A stretch of 64,000 nucleotides of DNA. Source: Alphaproteobacteria bacterium (GTDB lineage Bacteria > Pseudomonadota > Alphaproteobacteria > CALMVH01). Where the stretch lies: positions 444,409 through 508,408 of the forward strand of contig CBDAQV010000001.1 in assembly GCA_965199265.1 (NCBI GenBank). The letters are read 5' to 3'. A model generated the notes under the pieces. The model did not search any database, was not told where the DNA came from, and saw only the letters and a program-made list of their open reading frames with translations. Below, in pieces: positions 50,506-60,043 of this stretch. Within the stretch, counting starts at the first letter, position 1. Every line of letters starts with the position of its first letter. The translations under genes were made by a program, and so were the position numbers.

Positions 50506-50609
50506 GGTTCGTCATCCTGACCTTGTTCACGACCCATGGTTCGGCGTACGCGGAAGAATGGGTCCCGGACCGCGGCGCTGACGCGCTTGCCCAAAATGAC
50601 GAATTTTAT

Positions 50610-50993
50610 TCACGCCGCCCCGTGCTCCTTCAGCAGCTTGTCGATGTTCTGCGCGTAATCGAGCGAGGTGTCGGCGGCGAACTTCAGCGCCGGGGTAGCG
50701 CGCAGTTCGATTTCCTTAGCCAGCTCGCCGCGCAGGTACGGGGCGGCGCGGTTCAGCGCCTTTACGGTCTTTACCGCCGCATCGCTGTCGCCGCCGAGCG
50801 GGATGACGAAAGCGGTGGCGTTCTTGAGGTCGGGGCTGATCCGTACCTCGGTCACGCTAACGTTGAGGTTCAGCAGGTCCGGGTCGCGGAAATGCCCGCG
50901 CCGGAGTATTTCCGCCAGGATATGCCGGACCTGCTCGCCGACACGCAGCTGCCGCTGCGACTTCTCGCCCGCCTTTTCGGTTTTTGATTTCAT
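50610..50993 (-). CDS. rbfA: Ribosome-binding factor A.
   Basis: QRQLRVGEQVRHILAEIL...VSVTEVRISPDLKNATAF matches the RbfA KH-like fold. The start is at the internal MKSKTEK. Confidence 0.85.
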   Translation of the reverse strand: MKSKTEKAGEKSQRQLRVGEQVRHILAEILRRGHFRDPDLLNLNVSVTEVRISPDLKNATAFVIPLGGDSDAAVKTVKALNRAAPYLRGELAKEIELRATPALKFAADTSLDYAQNIDKLLKEHGAA

Positions 50994-51025
50994 GGTGCCG
51001 GGTGTTAACAGGATTGTAACGGGAG

Positions 51026-51931
51026 TTACAACGCCGTTGAGCGTTGTATCGCGGAGATCAACGGCCGGGTGAATACCGGCAGCAGGACCCAGCATACCTG
51101 GCACAACACGATGGTCAGCACGACAACGCTGGGGAAGTCGAGCAGGGCGAGCGTCATGCCCAGCGCGGAGTTGTTGTAGGCCGAGCAGGTCAGGAGGGCG
51201 ATGCGGACCGGCGGGGAGCGGCGGAAGCAGACAAGGGCAGCGGCGATGAACAGCGCGTAGCTGCCGGCCGCAACGGAAAAAGGGATGACCAGCGCCGCAG
51301 GGTCGGCGAGTATCGCACCACGCTTGCCAGCGATGATCGACAGGAAAATGATCGCCAGCAGCAGGATGGTCAGCATCTTGCCGTACTCGTCCGACAGCCG
51401 GCCCAGCCTCGGCCTGCGCCGCAGGGCGTAGGCAAGGATTACCGGCAGCAGCACGCATTCCAGCAGCGCGAACAGCAGTCGGTCGACCGGCGGGTTTATG
51501 CCCGGTTCGCCCAGCAGCGCGAAGCTTCCGGGGATCAGCACAACCGCGGTCAGCGAACTGAGCAGCGTCAGGAACAGGGCCGCGGGCACGCTGCCGCCGA
51601 ACAGGCCTGCGAACGCCGCCGAGGACGTGCCCGGCGGCAACAGCGCCAGCAGCATCAACGCCGCGGCATAATGAGGCAGCAGAATGCTGGCGGCAAAGTA
51701 GAGCAGGATTGGCACAATGGCGAAGCGCGCCAGCCAGAACAGGGAGAGCTGCCCGAGCGGCAGCTGCCCGAACTCGCCCCATTCCATACGCAGGCAGGCA
51801 AGGAACATGACAACTCCGAGCAGGATGGTCACTGCTTGCGGCGGCAGCACGGGCAAGCCCGGCACGCAAAGCCCGGCCAGCCCCGAAAGCGCGAGGACAA
51901 GGCCGAAGCGGCTTTCGATGAAGTGCTTCAC
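51026..51931 (-). CDS. Polytopic inner-membrane protein, a putative Na+-dependent transporter (BASS/SBF-like; family assignment tentative).
   Basis: The 301-aa protein has about 8-10 predicted TM helices. No catalytic motifs. Confidence 0.4.
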   Translation of the reverse strand: MKHFIESRFGLVLALSGLAGLCVPGLPVLPPQAVTILLGVVMFLACLRMEWGEFGQLPLGQLSLFWLARFAIVPILLYFAASILLPHYAAALMLLALLPPGTSSAAFAGLFGGSVPAALFLTLLSSLTAVVLIPGSFALLGEPGINPPVDRLLFALLECVLLPVILAYALRRRPRLGRLSDEYGKMLTILLLAIIFLSIIAGKRGAILADPAALVIPFSVAAGSYALFIAAALVCFRRSPPVRIALLTCSAYNNSALGMTLALLDFPSVVVLTIVLCQVCWVLLPVFTRPLISAIQRSTAL

Positions 51932-52007
51932 GAGATCGATTCGCTGAAGCGGGATGAACGGAGCGTCACCCCTTTCCCCGCATTACGGAAGGAGTGAGAT
52001 TTCACCA

Positions 52008-54638
52008 TCAGAGCGTTCGCGCCACCGATTCCACCTCGAACGCCTCGATGATGTCGCCGGCCTGGATGTTGTCGTAGTTCTCGAACGCCATGCCGCACTC
52101 GAAGCCTTCGCGCACTTCCCTGACCTCGTCCTTGAAGCGGCGCAGCGTCTTCAGCGTGCCCTCGTGGATCACGACGCCGTCGCGCAGCAGGCGGACGGAG
52201 GCGCCGCGCTTGACCAGGCCTTCGCTGATGTGGCAACCGGCGACCTTGCCGACCTTGGTGATGTTGAAGATCTGGCGGATCTCGGCGTTGCCCAGGAACT
52301 GCTCGCGCAGGGTCGGCTTCAGCATGCCCGAGAGCAGGCCGCGCACGTCGTCGAGGATGTTGTAGATCACCGAGTAGTAGCGAACCTCGACCGCGTCGCG
52401 CTTGGCCAGGTCGCGCGCCTGCGGGTTGGCGCGGACGTTGAAGCCGATGATGAAGCCGCCCGAGGCCCGGGCCAGCGTCACGTCGGACTCATTGATCGCG
52501 CCGACGCCCGAGTGCAGGACCCGCAGCGACACCTCGGTCGAATCAGCGGTCATCCGGGTCAGCGAGCCGGTGATCGCTTCCACAGAGCCCTGCACGTCGC
52601 CCTTGACCACCACGGCGAGCTCCTTCTTCTCGCCCGCCTGGATCTGGGTGAACATCTGGTCCAGAGAGCCGCGCGCGCCGATGGCAGCGGCGGCGCTGCG
52701 GTCCTTGCGCTCGCGGAACTCGGCGATCTCGCGCGCTTTCGCTTCGTCCTCGACCACGACGAAGTCGTCGCCGGCGTTAGGCGTGCCGTTGAGTCCGAGG
52801 ATCTCGACCGGAAACGCAGGGCCGGCATCGACCACGCCTTGCCCGCGGTCGTTGACCAGCGCGCGGACGCGGCCCCACTCGGCGCCGGAAACGAAGATGT
52901 CGCCGACTTTGAGCGTGCCTTTCTGCACCAGCACGGTCGCGACCGGGCCGCGGCCGCGATCCAGCTTGGCTTCCACCACCGCGCCGACGGCGGTGCGGTC
53001 CGGATTGGCTTTCAGGTCAAGGATTTCGGCCTGCAGCAGGATGGCTTCCTCGAGCTTGTCGAGGCCGATCTTGGATTTCGCCGAGACTTCGACCGCTAGC
53101 ACGTCGCCGCCCATTTCCTCGGTCTGCAGGTCGTATTGCAGCAGGTCCTGGCGGACCTTGTTCGCGTTGGCGTCGGGCAGGTCGATCTTGTTGATGGCGA
53201 CGATGATCGGCACCTTTGCTGCCTTGGCGTGGGCGATGGCCTCCACGGTCTGCGGCATGATGCTGTCGTTGGCGGCGACCACCAGCACGACGACATCCGT
53301 CACGTTCGCGCCGCGTGCGCGCATTTCGGTGAAGGCGGCGTGGCCCGGCGTGTCGATGAAGGTGATCTTCTGGCCGCCCTTCAACGTGACCTGATATGCG
53401 CCGATATGCTGCGTGATGCCGCCGGCTTCGCCGCTGACCACGTCGGTGCGGCGGATCGCGTCCAGCAGCGAGGTCTTGCCGTGATCGACGTGGCCCATGA
53501 CGGTGACGACGGGCGGACGCGGCAGCAGCTGCTCGTGGCGGTCCTCGTCGCCGCTCATGCCGATCTCGATGTCGGATTCGGCGACGCGGCGGATGCGGTG
53601 GCCGAACTCTGTCGCCACCAGCTCGGCGGTATCGGCGTCGATATCCTGGTTGATGGTCGCCATCACGCCCATGCGCATCAGCGATTTGATGACGTCCGCG
53701 CCACGCTCGGCCATGCGGTTCGCGAGCTCCTGGACCGTGATGGTCTCTGGAATGGTGACGTCGCGCGTGATCTTGCCGTCACCCTCGTTGCCGAACAGGC
53801 GCAGGCGTTCCTTTTCGTTGCGGCGGCGCATCGCGGCGACGCTGCGGCCGCGTACCGTATCGCCCTCGTCGTTCAGCGCCTGCGTCACCGTCATGCGATG
53901 CTGGCGGCGGACATCGGTCTTCTTGGTCGTCGGCACGGGAGCCCGCGCGGCGGGGCGCACGGCGCGCTTGACGCGGGCCCTCGCTTCCTCCTCCTCGTCG
54001 GCGGCGCTGACGCTGGGAGCGCGGCCCATCAGCGCAGCGACCTTTGCCGCCGCGGAAGTTCCTGAGTTATCGGTGGGCCGGCGGCCATCGGCAGCGCTGC
54101 GCTTGGCCTCGCCCTCGCGGCGGATCTGCTCAGCTTCGGCGGCCGTGCGCTTCTCGTCCTCTTGGATCGAGCGCAATTCGTCCAGTTCGCGCTGGCGCAG
54201 GTCTTCAGCGGTCAGCGGCCTTTTCGGCTCCGGGGTTGGAGCTTCCGGCTCGGCGGGCGGCGCGCCGGGGACCGGCATGGTGTCGCGCCAGACGTGGCTG
54301 GAGCGCTCGGGCCGTTCCGGTCGGTCGGCAGCGCCACGCAACGCCTGCACGCGCGCTTCGCGTTCCTCGCTGGTCAGCTGTCGCGCCGGGCGTCCACCCG
54401 CCGGCCGGGACGCTGGCGCACTGGCGAGGGCCGGAGCGGCGGACGCGGAAACTGGAGGCGCCGGCAGGTCACCTTCCGGCCCGCGCTTGCGCTTGACCTC
54501 CACGGCAACGGTTTTCGACCGGCCATGCGAAAAGCTTTGCCGCACGAGGTTCGCATCGGCTCCGCGCTTCAACTCCAGCTTGCCCCTGCTGGACAGGCTG
54601 AGAACCTTTTTCGGTTCCTGATCGGTAGTGTCGCTCAT
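52008..54638 (-). CDS. infB: Translation initiation factor IF-2.
   Basis: G-domain ([28 protein letters not shown]) and IF2 C-terminal domains. The protein is 876 aa. Confidence 0.95.
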   Translation of the reverse strand: MSDTTDQEPKKVLSLSSRGKLELKRGADANLVRQSFSHGRSKTVAVEVKRKRGPEGDLPAPPVSASAAPALASAPASRPAGGRPARQLTSEEREARVQALRGAADRPERPERSSHVWRDTMPVPGAPPAEPEAPTPEPKRPLTAEDLRQRELDELRSIQEDEKRTAAEAEQIRREGEAKRSAADGRRPTDNSGTSAAAKVAALMGRAPSVSAADEEEEARARVKRAVRPAARAPVPTTKKTDVRRQHRMTVTQALNDEGDTVRGRSVAAMRRRNEKERLRLFGNEGDGKITRDVTIPETITVQELANRMAERGADVIKSLMRMGVMATINQDIDADTAELVATEFGHRIRRVAESDIEIGMSGDEDRHEQLLPRPPVVTVMGHVDHGKTSLLDAIRRTDVVSGEAGGITQHIGAYQVTLKGGQKITFIDTPGHAAFTEMRARGANVTDVVVLVVAANDSIMPQTVEAIAHAKAAKVPIIVAINKIDLPDANANKVRQDLLQYDLQTEEMGGDVLAVEVSAKSKIGLDKLEEAILLQAEILDLKANPDRTAVGAVVEAKLDRGRGPVATVLVQKGTLKVGDIFVSGAEWGRVRALVNDRGQGVVDAGPAFPVEILGLNGTPNAGDDFVVVEDEAKAREIAEFRERKDRSAAAAIGARGSLDQMFTQIQAGEKKELAVVVKGDVQGSVEAITGSLTRMTADSTEVSLRVLHSGVGAINESDVTLARASGGFIIGFNVRANPQARDLAKRDAVEVRYYSVIYNILDDVRGLLSGMLKPTLREQFLGNAEIRQIFNITKVGKVAGCHISEGLVKRGASVRLLRDGVVIHEGTLKTLRRFKDEVREVREGFECGMAFENYDNIQAGDIIEAFEVESVARTL

Positions 54639-54649
54639 TCGTATCCCAA

Positions 54650-55315
54650 CTATTCCGTAACGTCGTGAACCGGTGCGGTCAGCGCTTTCAGCTTGTCCCC
54701 AAGGGAGATCACCCTGGCGGCATGCGCTTTGTCGCTAATTCCGGCATAAACTACAATGCCGATTGTGCCGAAAATGCCGCCAAGCACCCGGCTGTCGAGC
54801 ACATCGATGATATGGGTGCCGGGGCTGAGCGCTTCCAGCTTGCCGCGGCCGTCTTTTCCCGCATCGGAGGCAACGAGCAGCGCCTGCAGCCTTTTGGCCC
54901 GCGCCCACCCCTCGACCTTCTCGAACCCGGATGTTGCCGTGCCGGAGCGGCGCGCGAAACCGATCGCCTCCACCATGCGCTGGCGCAGCAGATCGACGAC
55001 GCGCTGGGCGCAGTCGGGCGGCACTCTCACGGCGCGGCGCGCGGCGCGCGAGAACACATTCTTCTTCAGCGCGGCGCCAAGCGTCGCCCGGTCGGCGGTG
55101 ATCCAGAGTCCACGGCCCGGCAGCTTTTCCGCGATATCTGGCACCAGCACGCCCTGCGGATCGATGGAGAAGCGTAACAGGTTGCCCTTGGGCAGCACAT
55201 GGCCCGTGACCAGGCATCGGCGCTCGGGACCTGTCGGTTCGCTTTCCGGCAGTTCGACCTCTGGCAGTTCGACCTCCGGCGCATCGTCTGAGATTAGGGG
55301 GACGCCGGACGACAT
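54650..55315 (-). CDS. YlxR/DUF448-family RNA-binding protein fused to an L7Ae-like domain.
   Basis: [18 protein letters not shown] matches the DUF448 motif. It has the conserved nusA-infB intergenic position. Confidence 0.7.
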   Translation of the reverse strand: MSSGVPLISDDAPEVELPEVELPESEPTGPERRCLVTGHVLPKGNLLRFSIDPQGVLVPDIAEKLPGRGLWITADRATLGAALKKNVFSRAARRAVRVPPDCAQRVVDLLRQRMVEAIGFARRSGTATSGFEKVEGWARAKRLQALLVASDAGKDGRGKLEALSPGTHIIDVLDSRVLGGIFGTIGIVVYAGISDKAHAARVISLGDKLKALTAPVHDVTE

Positions 55316-55330
55316 GTGGCGGTTCCTACC

Positions 55331-56845
55331 TCATGCCTGGTCCGCGGCGGCGGGCTCGTCGGCGTCTTCCGCCTCGAACCATTTCGCGCGCAGCGACATG
55401 ATGATGTGCTCGGCGTCCACGGCGCTGAGAGCCCGCGCGCCGACGATCTCGATCAGCTCGTCTGTGGCAAGATCCGCCAGGTCGTCCACCGACTTGATGC
55501 CCTTTTCGCCCAGCGCCACCAGCATGGTGGGGGTCAGCCCTTCGACCGTCGCCAGCTCGTCGGATACGCCCAGCTCGATTCGCTTGCTCAGCAGTTCCTC
55601 GTCGCGCGCGGCAAGGTAATTGTCGGCGCGGTTTTTCAGTTCCTGCGCCACGTCCTCGTCGAAGCCTTCGATATTCGCCAGCTCGTCCAGGGAAGTCCCC
55701 GAGATTTCCTCGATCGAGGTGAAACCCTCGGCGATCAGCAGGTGGGCAATGACATCGTCGACTTCCAGCGCTTCGATGAACAGGCCCGAGCGGGTGCTGA
55801 ACTCTTCCTGGCGGCGCGCCGACTCCTCGGCTTCGGTCAGGATGTCGATGTCCAGCCCGCTCAGCATGGAGGCTAGGCGGACGTTCTGGCCGCGGCGGCC
55901 GATGGCAAGGCTGAGCTGGTCATCGGGAACCACGACTTCGATGCGGCCGTTCTCGTCGTCTAGAACCACCTTGGTGACTTCTGCGGGGGCCAGCGCGTTC
56001 ACGACGAAGGTGGCGGTATCGTCCGACCACGGGATGATGTCGATCTTTTCGCCATGCAGCTCGCCGACCACCGCCTGGACCCGGCTGCCGCGCATGCCGA
56101 CACAGGCGCCGACGGGGTCGATCGAGCTGTCGCGGCTGACCACCGCGATCTTGGCGCGGCTGCCGGGGTCGCGCGCAACCGATTTGATGGTGATGACGCC
56201 GTCGTAGATTTCCGGCACTTCCTGCGTGAACAGCTTGGCCATGAACTGCGGGTGCGAGCGCGACAGGAATATCTGCGGCCCGCGGATTTCCGGGCGCACG
56301 TCGTAGATGTAGGCGCGGACGCGGTCGCCGGTGTTGAAATGCTCGCGCGGCAGCGACTCGTCGCGGCGCAGCACGGCCTCGGCCTTGCCGAGGTCGACGG
56401 TCACGTTGCCGTACTCGACCCGCTTGACGGAGCCGTTGACGATCTCGCCGACGCGGTCCTTGAACTCCTCGAATTGGCGCGTGCGCTCGGCCTCGCGCAC
56501 TTTCTGCACGATCACCTGCTTGGCGGTCTGCGCGGCGACGCGGCCGAAATCGATCGGCGGCAGGTCGTCGACCAGGAAGTCGCCGACCTTGGAGTCGGCC
56601 TTGATGCCCTTGGCCATTTCCGGCGTAATCTGCGTCGCTTCGTTCTCGATCGGGTCGGCGACCTCGCGGTAACGGCGCAGCAGGATGTCGCCGCTGCGAC
56701 GGTCGATGACGGCGCGGATGTCATGCTCGTGGCCGTACTTGCTGCGCCCGGCCTTCTGGATCGCTTCCTCCATCGCGGCGAGGACCTCGTCGCGATCGAT
56801 GTTCTTTTCCCGCGCTACCGCGTCGGCGACTTGCAGCAGTTCCAT
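55331..56845 (-). CDS. nusA: Transcription termination/antitermination factor NusA.
   Basis: N-terminal RNAP-binding domain, S1 and KH1/KH2 domains (GACVGMRGSRVQAVVGEL), and C-terminal AR repeats. The protein is 504 aa. Confidence 0.95.
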   Translation of the reverse strand: MELLQVADAVAREKNIDRDEVLAAMEEAIQKAGRSKYGHEHDIRAVIDRRSGDILLRRYREVADPIENEATQITPEMAKGIKADSKVGDFLVDDLPPIDFGRVAAQTAKQVIVQKVREAERTRQFEEFKDRVGEIVNGSVKRVEYGNVTVDLGKAEAVLRRDESLPREHFNTGDRVRAYIYDVRPEIRGPQIFLSRSHPQFMAKLFTQEVPEIYDGVITIKSVARDPGSRAKIAVVSRDSSIDPVGACVGMRGSRVQAVVGELHGEKIDIIPWSDDTATFVVNALAPAEVTKVVLDDENGRIEVVVPDDQLSLAIGRRGQNVRLASMLSGLDIDILTEAEESARRQEEFSTRSGLFIEALEVDDVIAHLLIAEGFTSIEEISGTSLDELANIEGFDEDVAQELKNRADNYLAARDEELLSKRIELGVSDELATVEGLTPTMLVALGEKGIKSVDDLADLATDELIEIVGARALSAVDAEHIIMSLRAKWFEAEDADEPAAADQA

Positions 56846-56863
56846 CTATCCGTCTTCCTTGGG

Positions 56864-57397
56864 TCAGGCCGCCCGCTTGTTCGCGGCCAGCAGTTCGTCG
56901 TTGAGTATCAGCCGGGCGCGCTTCAGCGCCGAAAGCGCCAGCGCGTGATCCTTGCCGGCTTCGTCGCGCAGCGTCACCGTATCGCCTTCGCAGGCGGTGA
57001 TACGGCCCTTGAATTTGGACTGCCCGTCCACCGGCGCGGTCGTCTCCATCTTGACCTCGAACCCTGCCCAGCGGGCGAAGTCCTTGGGCCGGGTCAGCAG
57101 CCGGTCGATCCCGGGCGAGCCGACTTCCAGCGTGTACGGCTCGGCGATCGGATCGGCCTCGTCCAGCGCCGCCGAAACCGCGCGGCTGATCACGCCGCAA
57201 TCGTCGATGCCGACGTTCGTGCCGTCCGGCCGCTCGGCCATGATCTGCAGGTTGCCGCCGGCCAGCGACAGGCGAACCAGCTCGAACCCCAGCGTTTCGA
57301 TTACGGGAACGACCACCGGCGCAAGTGGCTCCGCGGCCGCATCCACCATCAAAGCCGAATACTTGTCCGTACCTTCCGCCACCAGGGCTCCCGCCAT
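56864..57397 (-). CDS. rimP: Ribosome maturation factor RimP.
   Basis: VIETLGFELVRL...LEVGSPGIDRLL matches RimP. The start is taken at the internal ATG at 57397, because the upstream part of the ORF overlaps a terminator hairpin. Confidence 0.8.
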   Translation of the reverse strand: MAGALVAEGTDKYSALMVDAAAEPLAPVVVPVIETLGFELVRLSLAGGNLQIMAERPDGTNVGIDDCGVISRAVSAALDEADPIAEPYTLEVGSPGIDRLLTRPKDFARWAGFEVKMETTAPVDGQSKFKGRITACEGDTVTLRDEAGKDHALALSALKRARLILNDELLAANKRAA

Positions 57398-57425
57398 AAA
57401 AAAAGTGGGCCGCGAGCCCACTTGG
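57398..57425 (-). terminator. Rho-independent terminator after trmB.
   Basis: Minus strand: GTGGGC-tcgcg-GCCCAC followed by TTTTTTT (the plus strand shows AAAAAAAGTGGGCCGCGAGCCCAC). Confidence 0.65.
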
Positions 57426-57483
57426 TTGTTGAGATCAGATTTCAGCAAGATATAGCCGGTCGCTCTGTAGGACGCAAGCCGGA

Positions 57484-58269
57484 TCATATACGTTCCGCGC
57501 CGTAGTAGAACGGCCGCCGTCCCCGGTCGAGCGCCTTCTGCTCGTAACGCGTCGCCGGCCAGTCGGCGGGGCGGTCCTGCGGGTCCCTACCGCTGGCGGG
57601 GTGCAGAATAAATGACGGGTGCGCCGGCACCGCTTCGCGATACCACTCGGCCAGCCCTCGATCGTCCGTCGCCAGTAGCAACTCCCCGCCGGGCCGCAAC
57701 ACGCGGGCAAGGTCGGTCAGGGTCTCGGGGTTCACGATGCGGCGCTTGTTGTGCCGTTTCTTCGGCCAGGGATCGGCGAACAGGATGAAGCACCGCGCGA
57801 TGCTTCCGTCGGGCAGGGCTTTGAGCAGGAAGCGCGCGTCCTCGGTGAACACGCGCACGTTGGACAGGCCCTCCTGCTCCAGCCGCTTCACCAGCATCGA
57901 GATGCCGTTGACGAACGGCTCGCAGCCGATGAGGCCGATGCCCGGATGGCGGCGCGCCTGTTCCGCCAGGTGCTCGCCGCCGCCGAAGCCGATCTCCAGC
58001 CAGACTTCCTGTTTTCCTTTGAAAACGTGCCTGTCATCCTCGGGCTCGACCCAAGGATCTCGCTCCCTGCGAGGCCCGGTCTGCCGGAGATCCTGCGTCT
58101 TCGCGGAGGATGACGGCTCGTTGAGGAGGAATGGCAGCCGTCCCTCGCCATCCAGCGCAATCCGGTACTTCGGCAGGCCGCTCTCCAGCGCCGCGGCGCG
58201 CGCGGGGTTCAGCGGGCGGGCGGTGCGCCGGCCGTAGAACTGCGAGCGGGGAAGGGCAGGTTCCTGTGA
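57484..58269 (-). CDS. trmB: tRNA (guanine46-N7)-methyltransferase TrmB. The 5' end is uncertain (no in-frame ATG) and the N-terminal linker contains a translated REP element.
   Basis: A manual minus-strand translation upstream of the listed ORF continues in frame: ...RSQFYGRRTARPLNPARAAALESGLPKYRIAL...EVWLEIGFGGGEHLARQARRHPGIGLIGCEPFVNGISMLVKRLEQEGLSNVRVF...FADPWPKKRHNKRRIV. That is the full TrmB architecture. Confidence 0.75.
   Translation of the reverse strand, partial: SQEPALPRSQFYGRRTARPLNPARAAALESGLPKYRIALDGEGRLPFLLNEPSSSAKTQDLRQTGPRRERDPWVEPEDDRHVFKGKQEVWLEIGFGGGEHLAEQARRHPGIGLIGCEPFVNGISMLVKRLEQEGLSNVRVFTEDARFLLKALPDGSIARCFILFADPWPKKRHNKRRIVNPETLTDLARVLRPGGELLLATDDRGLAEWYREAVPAHPSFILHPASGRDPQDRPADWPATRYEQKALDRGRRPFYYGAERI
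58033..58114. repeat. Palindromic REP-like element lying inside the trmB reading frame.
   Basis: GTCATCCTCGGGCTCGACCCAAGGATC ... GATCCTGCGTCTTCGCGGAGGATGAC. It translates in frame as ...SSSAKTQDLRQTGPRRERDPWVEPEDDRHV..., about 27 extra residues in the normally short linker before EVWLEIGFGGGEHL. Confidence 0.6.
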
Positions 58270-58277
58270 CAGGGGGA

Positions 58278-59441
58278 CTAAGCCGCCAGATCTTCCAGAT
58301 CGCTGGTGAGGTCGGTCTTTTCCCAGGAGAACCCCCCATCCGCCTCGGGCTGACGGCCGAAATGGCCGTAGGCGGCGGTGCGGGCGTAGATCGGCCGGTT
58401 GAGGCCGAGATGTTCGCGGATGCCGCGCGGGCTGAGGTCCATCAGTTCCTGGAGGCGGCGGGCGAGCTTCTCTTCGTCGCAGCGGCCGGTGCCATGCGTG
58501 TTGATATAGACCGACAGCGGGTGCGAGACGCCGATCGCGTACGACACCTGGATGGTGCAGCGCGCGGCAAGGTTCGCCCCGACCACGTTCTTGGCGAGGT
58601 AGCGCGCGGCGTAGGCCGCCGAGCGGTCGACCTTGGTCGGGTCCTTGCCCGAAAACGCGCCGCCGCCATGCGGGGCCGCGCCGCCGTAGGTGTCGACGAT
58701 GATCTTGCGCCCGGTCAAGCCCGCGTCGCCGTCCGGGCCGCCGATGACGAACCGGCCAGTCGGGTTGACGTAGAATTGCTCCTCAGGGCACATCCAGGCT
58801 TCCGGCAGAACCTTGAGGACGTGCGGTCGCACGATCTCGCGCACGTCCTCGGCTTCCAGCCCGTCGACGTGCTGGGTCGAGACGACAATCGACGTCGCGC
58901 GCACGGGCTGGCCGTACTCGTAGGCGAGGCTGACCTGGCTCTTGGCGTCGGGGCCCAGCATGGGCGCGGCTCTGGTATGCCGCGCGTTTGCAAGGCTGCG
59001 CAGGATCGAATGCGCGTAGAAGATCGGCGCCGGCATCAGCACGTCGGTTTCGCGGCAGGCATAGCCGAACATGATGCCCTGGTCGCCCGCGCCTTCGTCC
59101 TTGTTGCCGGAAGCGTCGACCCCCACGGCAATGTCGGCCGATTGGCGGTGCAGCAGCACTTCGACCCCGGCATTCTGCCAATGGAATCCATCCTGCTCGT
59201 ACCCGATATCCCGCACCGCTTCGCGCGCGACGTGCTCGATCTCGGCATGGGTGACGGACTCGGGGCCGCGGACTTCCCCGGCGATGATCATACGGTTCGT
59301 AGTCGCCAGCGTTTCGCACGCCACGCGCGCCTGCGGATCGGCGCCGAGAAACAGGTCCACAACAGCGTCGGACACCCGGTCACATAGCTTGTCGGGGTGT
59401 CCTTCGGAAACTGATTCGCTGGTGAAGACGTAATTTTTCAT
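58278..59441 (-). CDS. metK: S-adenosylmethionine synthetase.
   Basis: [33 protein letters not shown] and [16 protein letters not shown] match MetK. Confidence 0.95.
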   Translation of the reverse strand: MKNYVFTSESVSEGHPDKLCDRVSDAVVDLFLGADPQARVACETLATTNRMIIAGEVRGPESVTHAEIEHVAREAVRDIGYEQDGFHWQNAGVEVLLHRQSADIAVGVDASGNKDEGAGDQGIMFGYACRETDVLMPAPIFYAHSILRSLANARHTRAAPMLGPDAKSQVSLAYEYGQPVRATSIVVSTQHVDGLEAEDVREIVRPHVLKVLPEAWMCPEEQFYVNPTGRFVIGGPDGDAGLTGRKIIVDTYGGAAPHGGGAFSGKDPTKVDRSAAYAARYLAKNVVGANLAARCTIQVSYAIGVSHPLSVYINTHGTGRCDEEKLARRLQELMDLSPRGIREHLGLNRPIYARTAAYGHFGRQPEADGGFSWEKTDLTSDLEDLAA

Positions 59442-59489
59442 AAACCCTCCGGTCAGGAAAAGGGGTTATGAAAGCCTGGAACCGCCCGG

Positions 59490-59972
59490 TCAATCGCTAT
59501 CGACGTTCGCGGCCTTGCGGCGCGTCGGAACCGCCGTTGCGGCGGCAACCGCCTTCACCATGTCGCCAATGCGCTTGCGCACCAGAGGGTCGGTGATGCG
59601 AGAGTAAGCGCGCACCAGTTCCACCGTTTCGCGACGGCTCATCGGGTCCATCTCGAAAGGGTCTTGCGGCGTCTCGCCGAAACCCCCGACCGGGATGGCG
59701 CTTACGCCCGCGCTCAACTCGTCGAAAAAAAAGGAAACAGGCACGTCGAGCGCCTGGCTGAAATCGTGCAACCGGCTGGCGCCGATGCGGTTCGTGCCTT
59801 TTTCGTACTTCTGGATCTGCTGGAACGTCAGGCCGACTTCCTTTGCCAGCTTGTCCTGGCTAAGGCCCATCATCACCCGGCGCTGTTTCATGCGCGAACC
59901 GACGTGGATGTCGACCGGGCTCGGCGCGTCCCCCCGCGGCCTTCCGCCGCGCTTGTGTGCAACAGTGTTCAA
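59490..59972 (-). CDS. XRE-family helix-turn-helix transcriptional regulator.
   Basis: HTH region IHVGSRMKQRRVMMGLSQDKLAKEVGLTFQQIQKYEKGTNRI (Cro/C1 type). The protein is 160 aa. Confidence 0.8.
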   Translation of the reverse strand: MNTVAHKRGGRPRGDAPSPVDIHVGSRMKQRRVMMGLSQDKLAKEVGLTFQQIQKYEKGTNRIGASRLHDFSQALDVPVSFFFDELSAGVSAIPVGGFGETPQDPFEMDPMSRRETVELVRAYSRITDPLVRKRIGDMVKAVAAATAVPTRRKAANVDSD

Positions 59973-60043
59973 CTGGTTCCCCTAAATTTTTGTGACGTTA
60001 GCATACTCAGGCATGCCGGGGAAGGAAATTCGTAAAATTTTTG

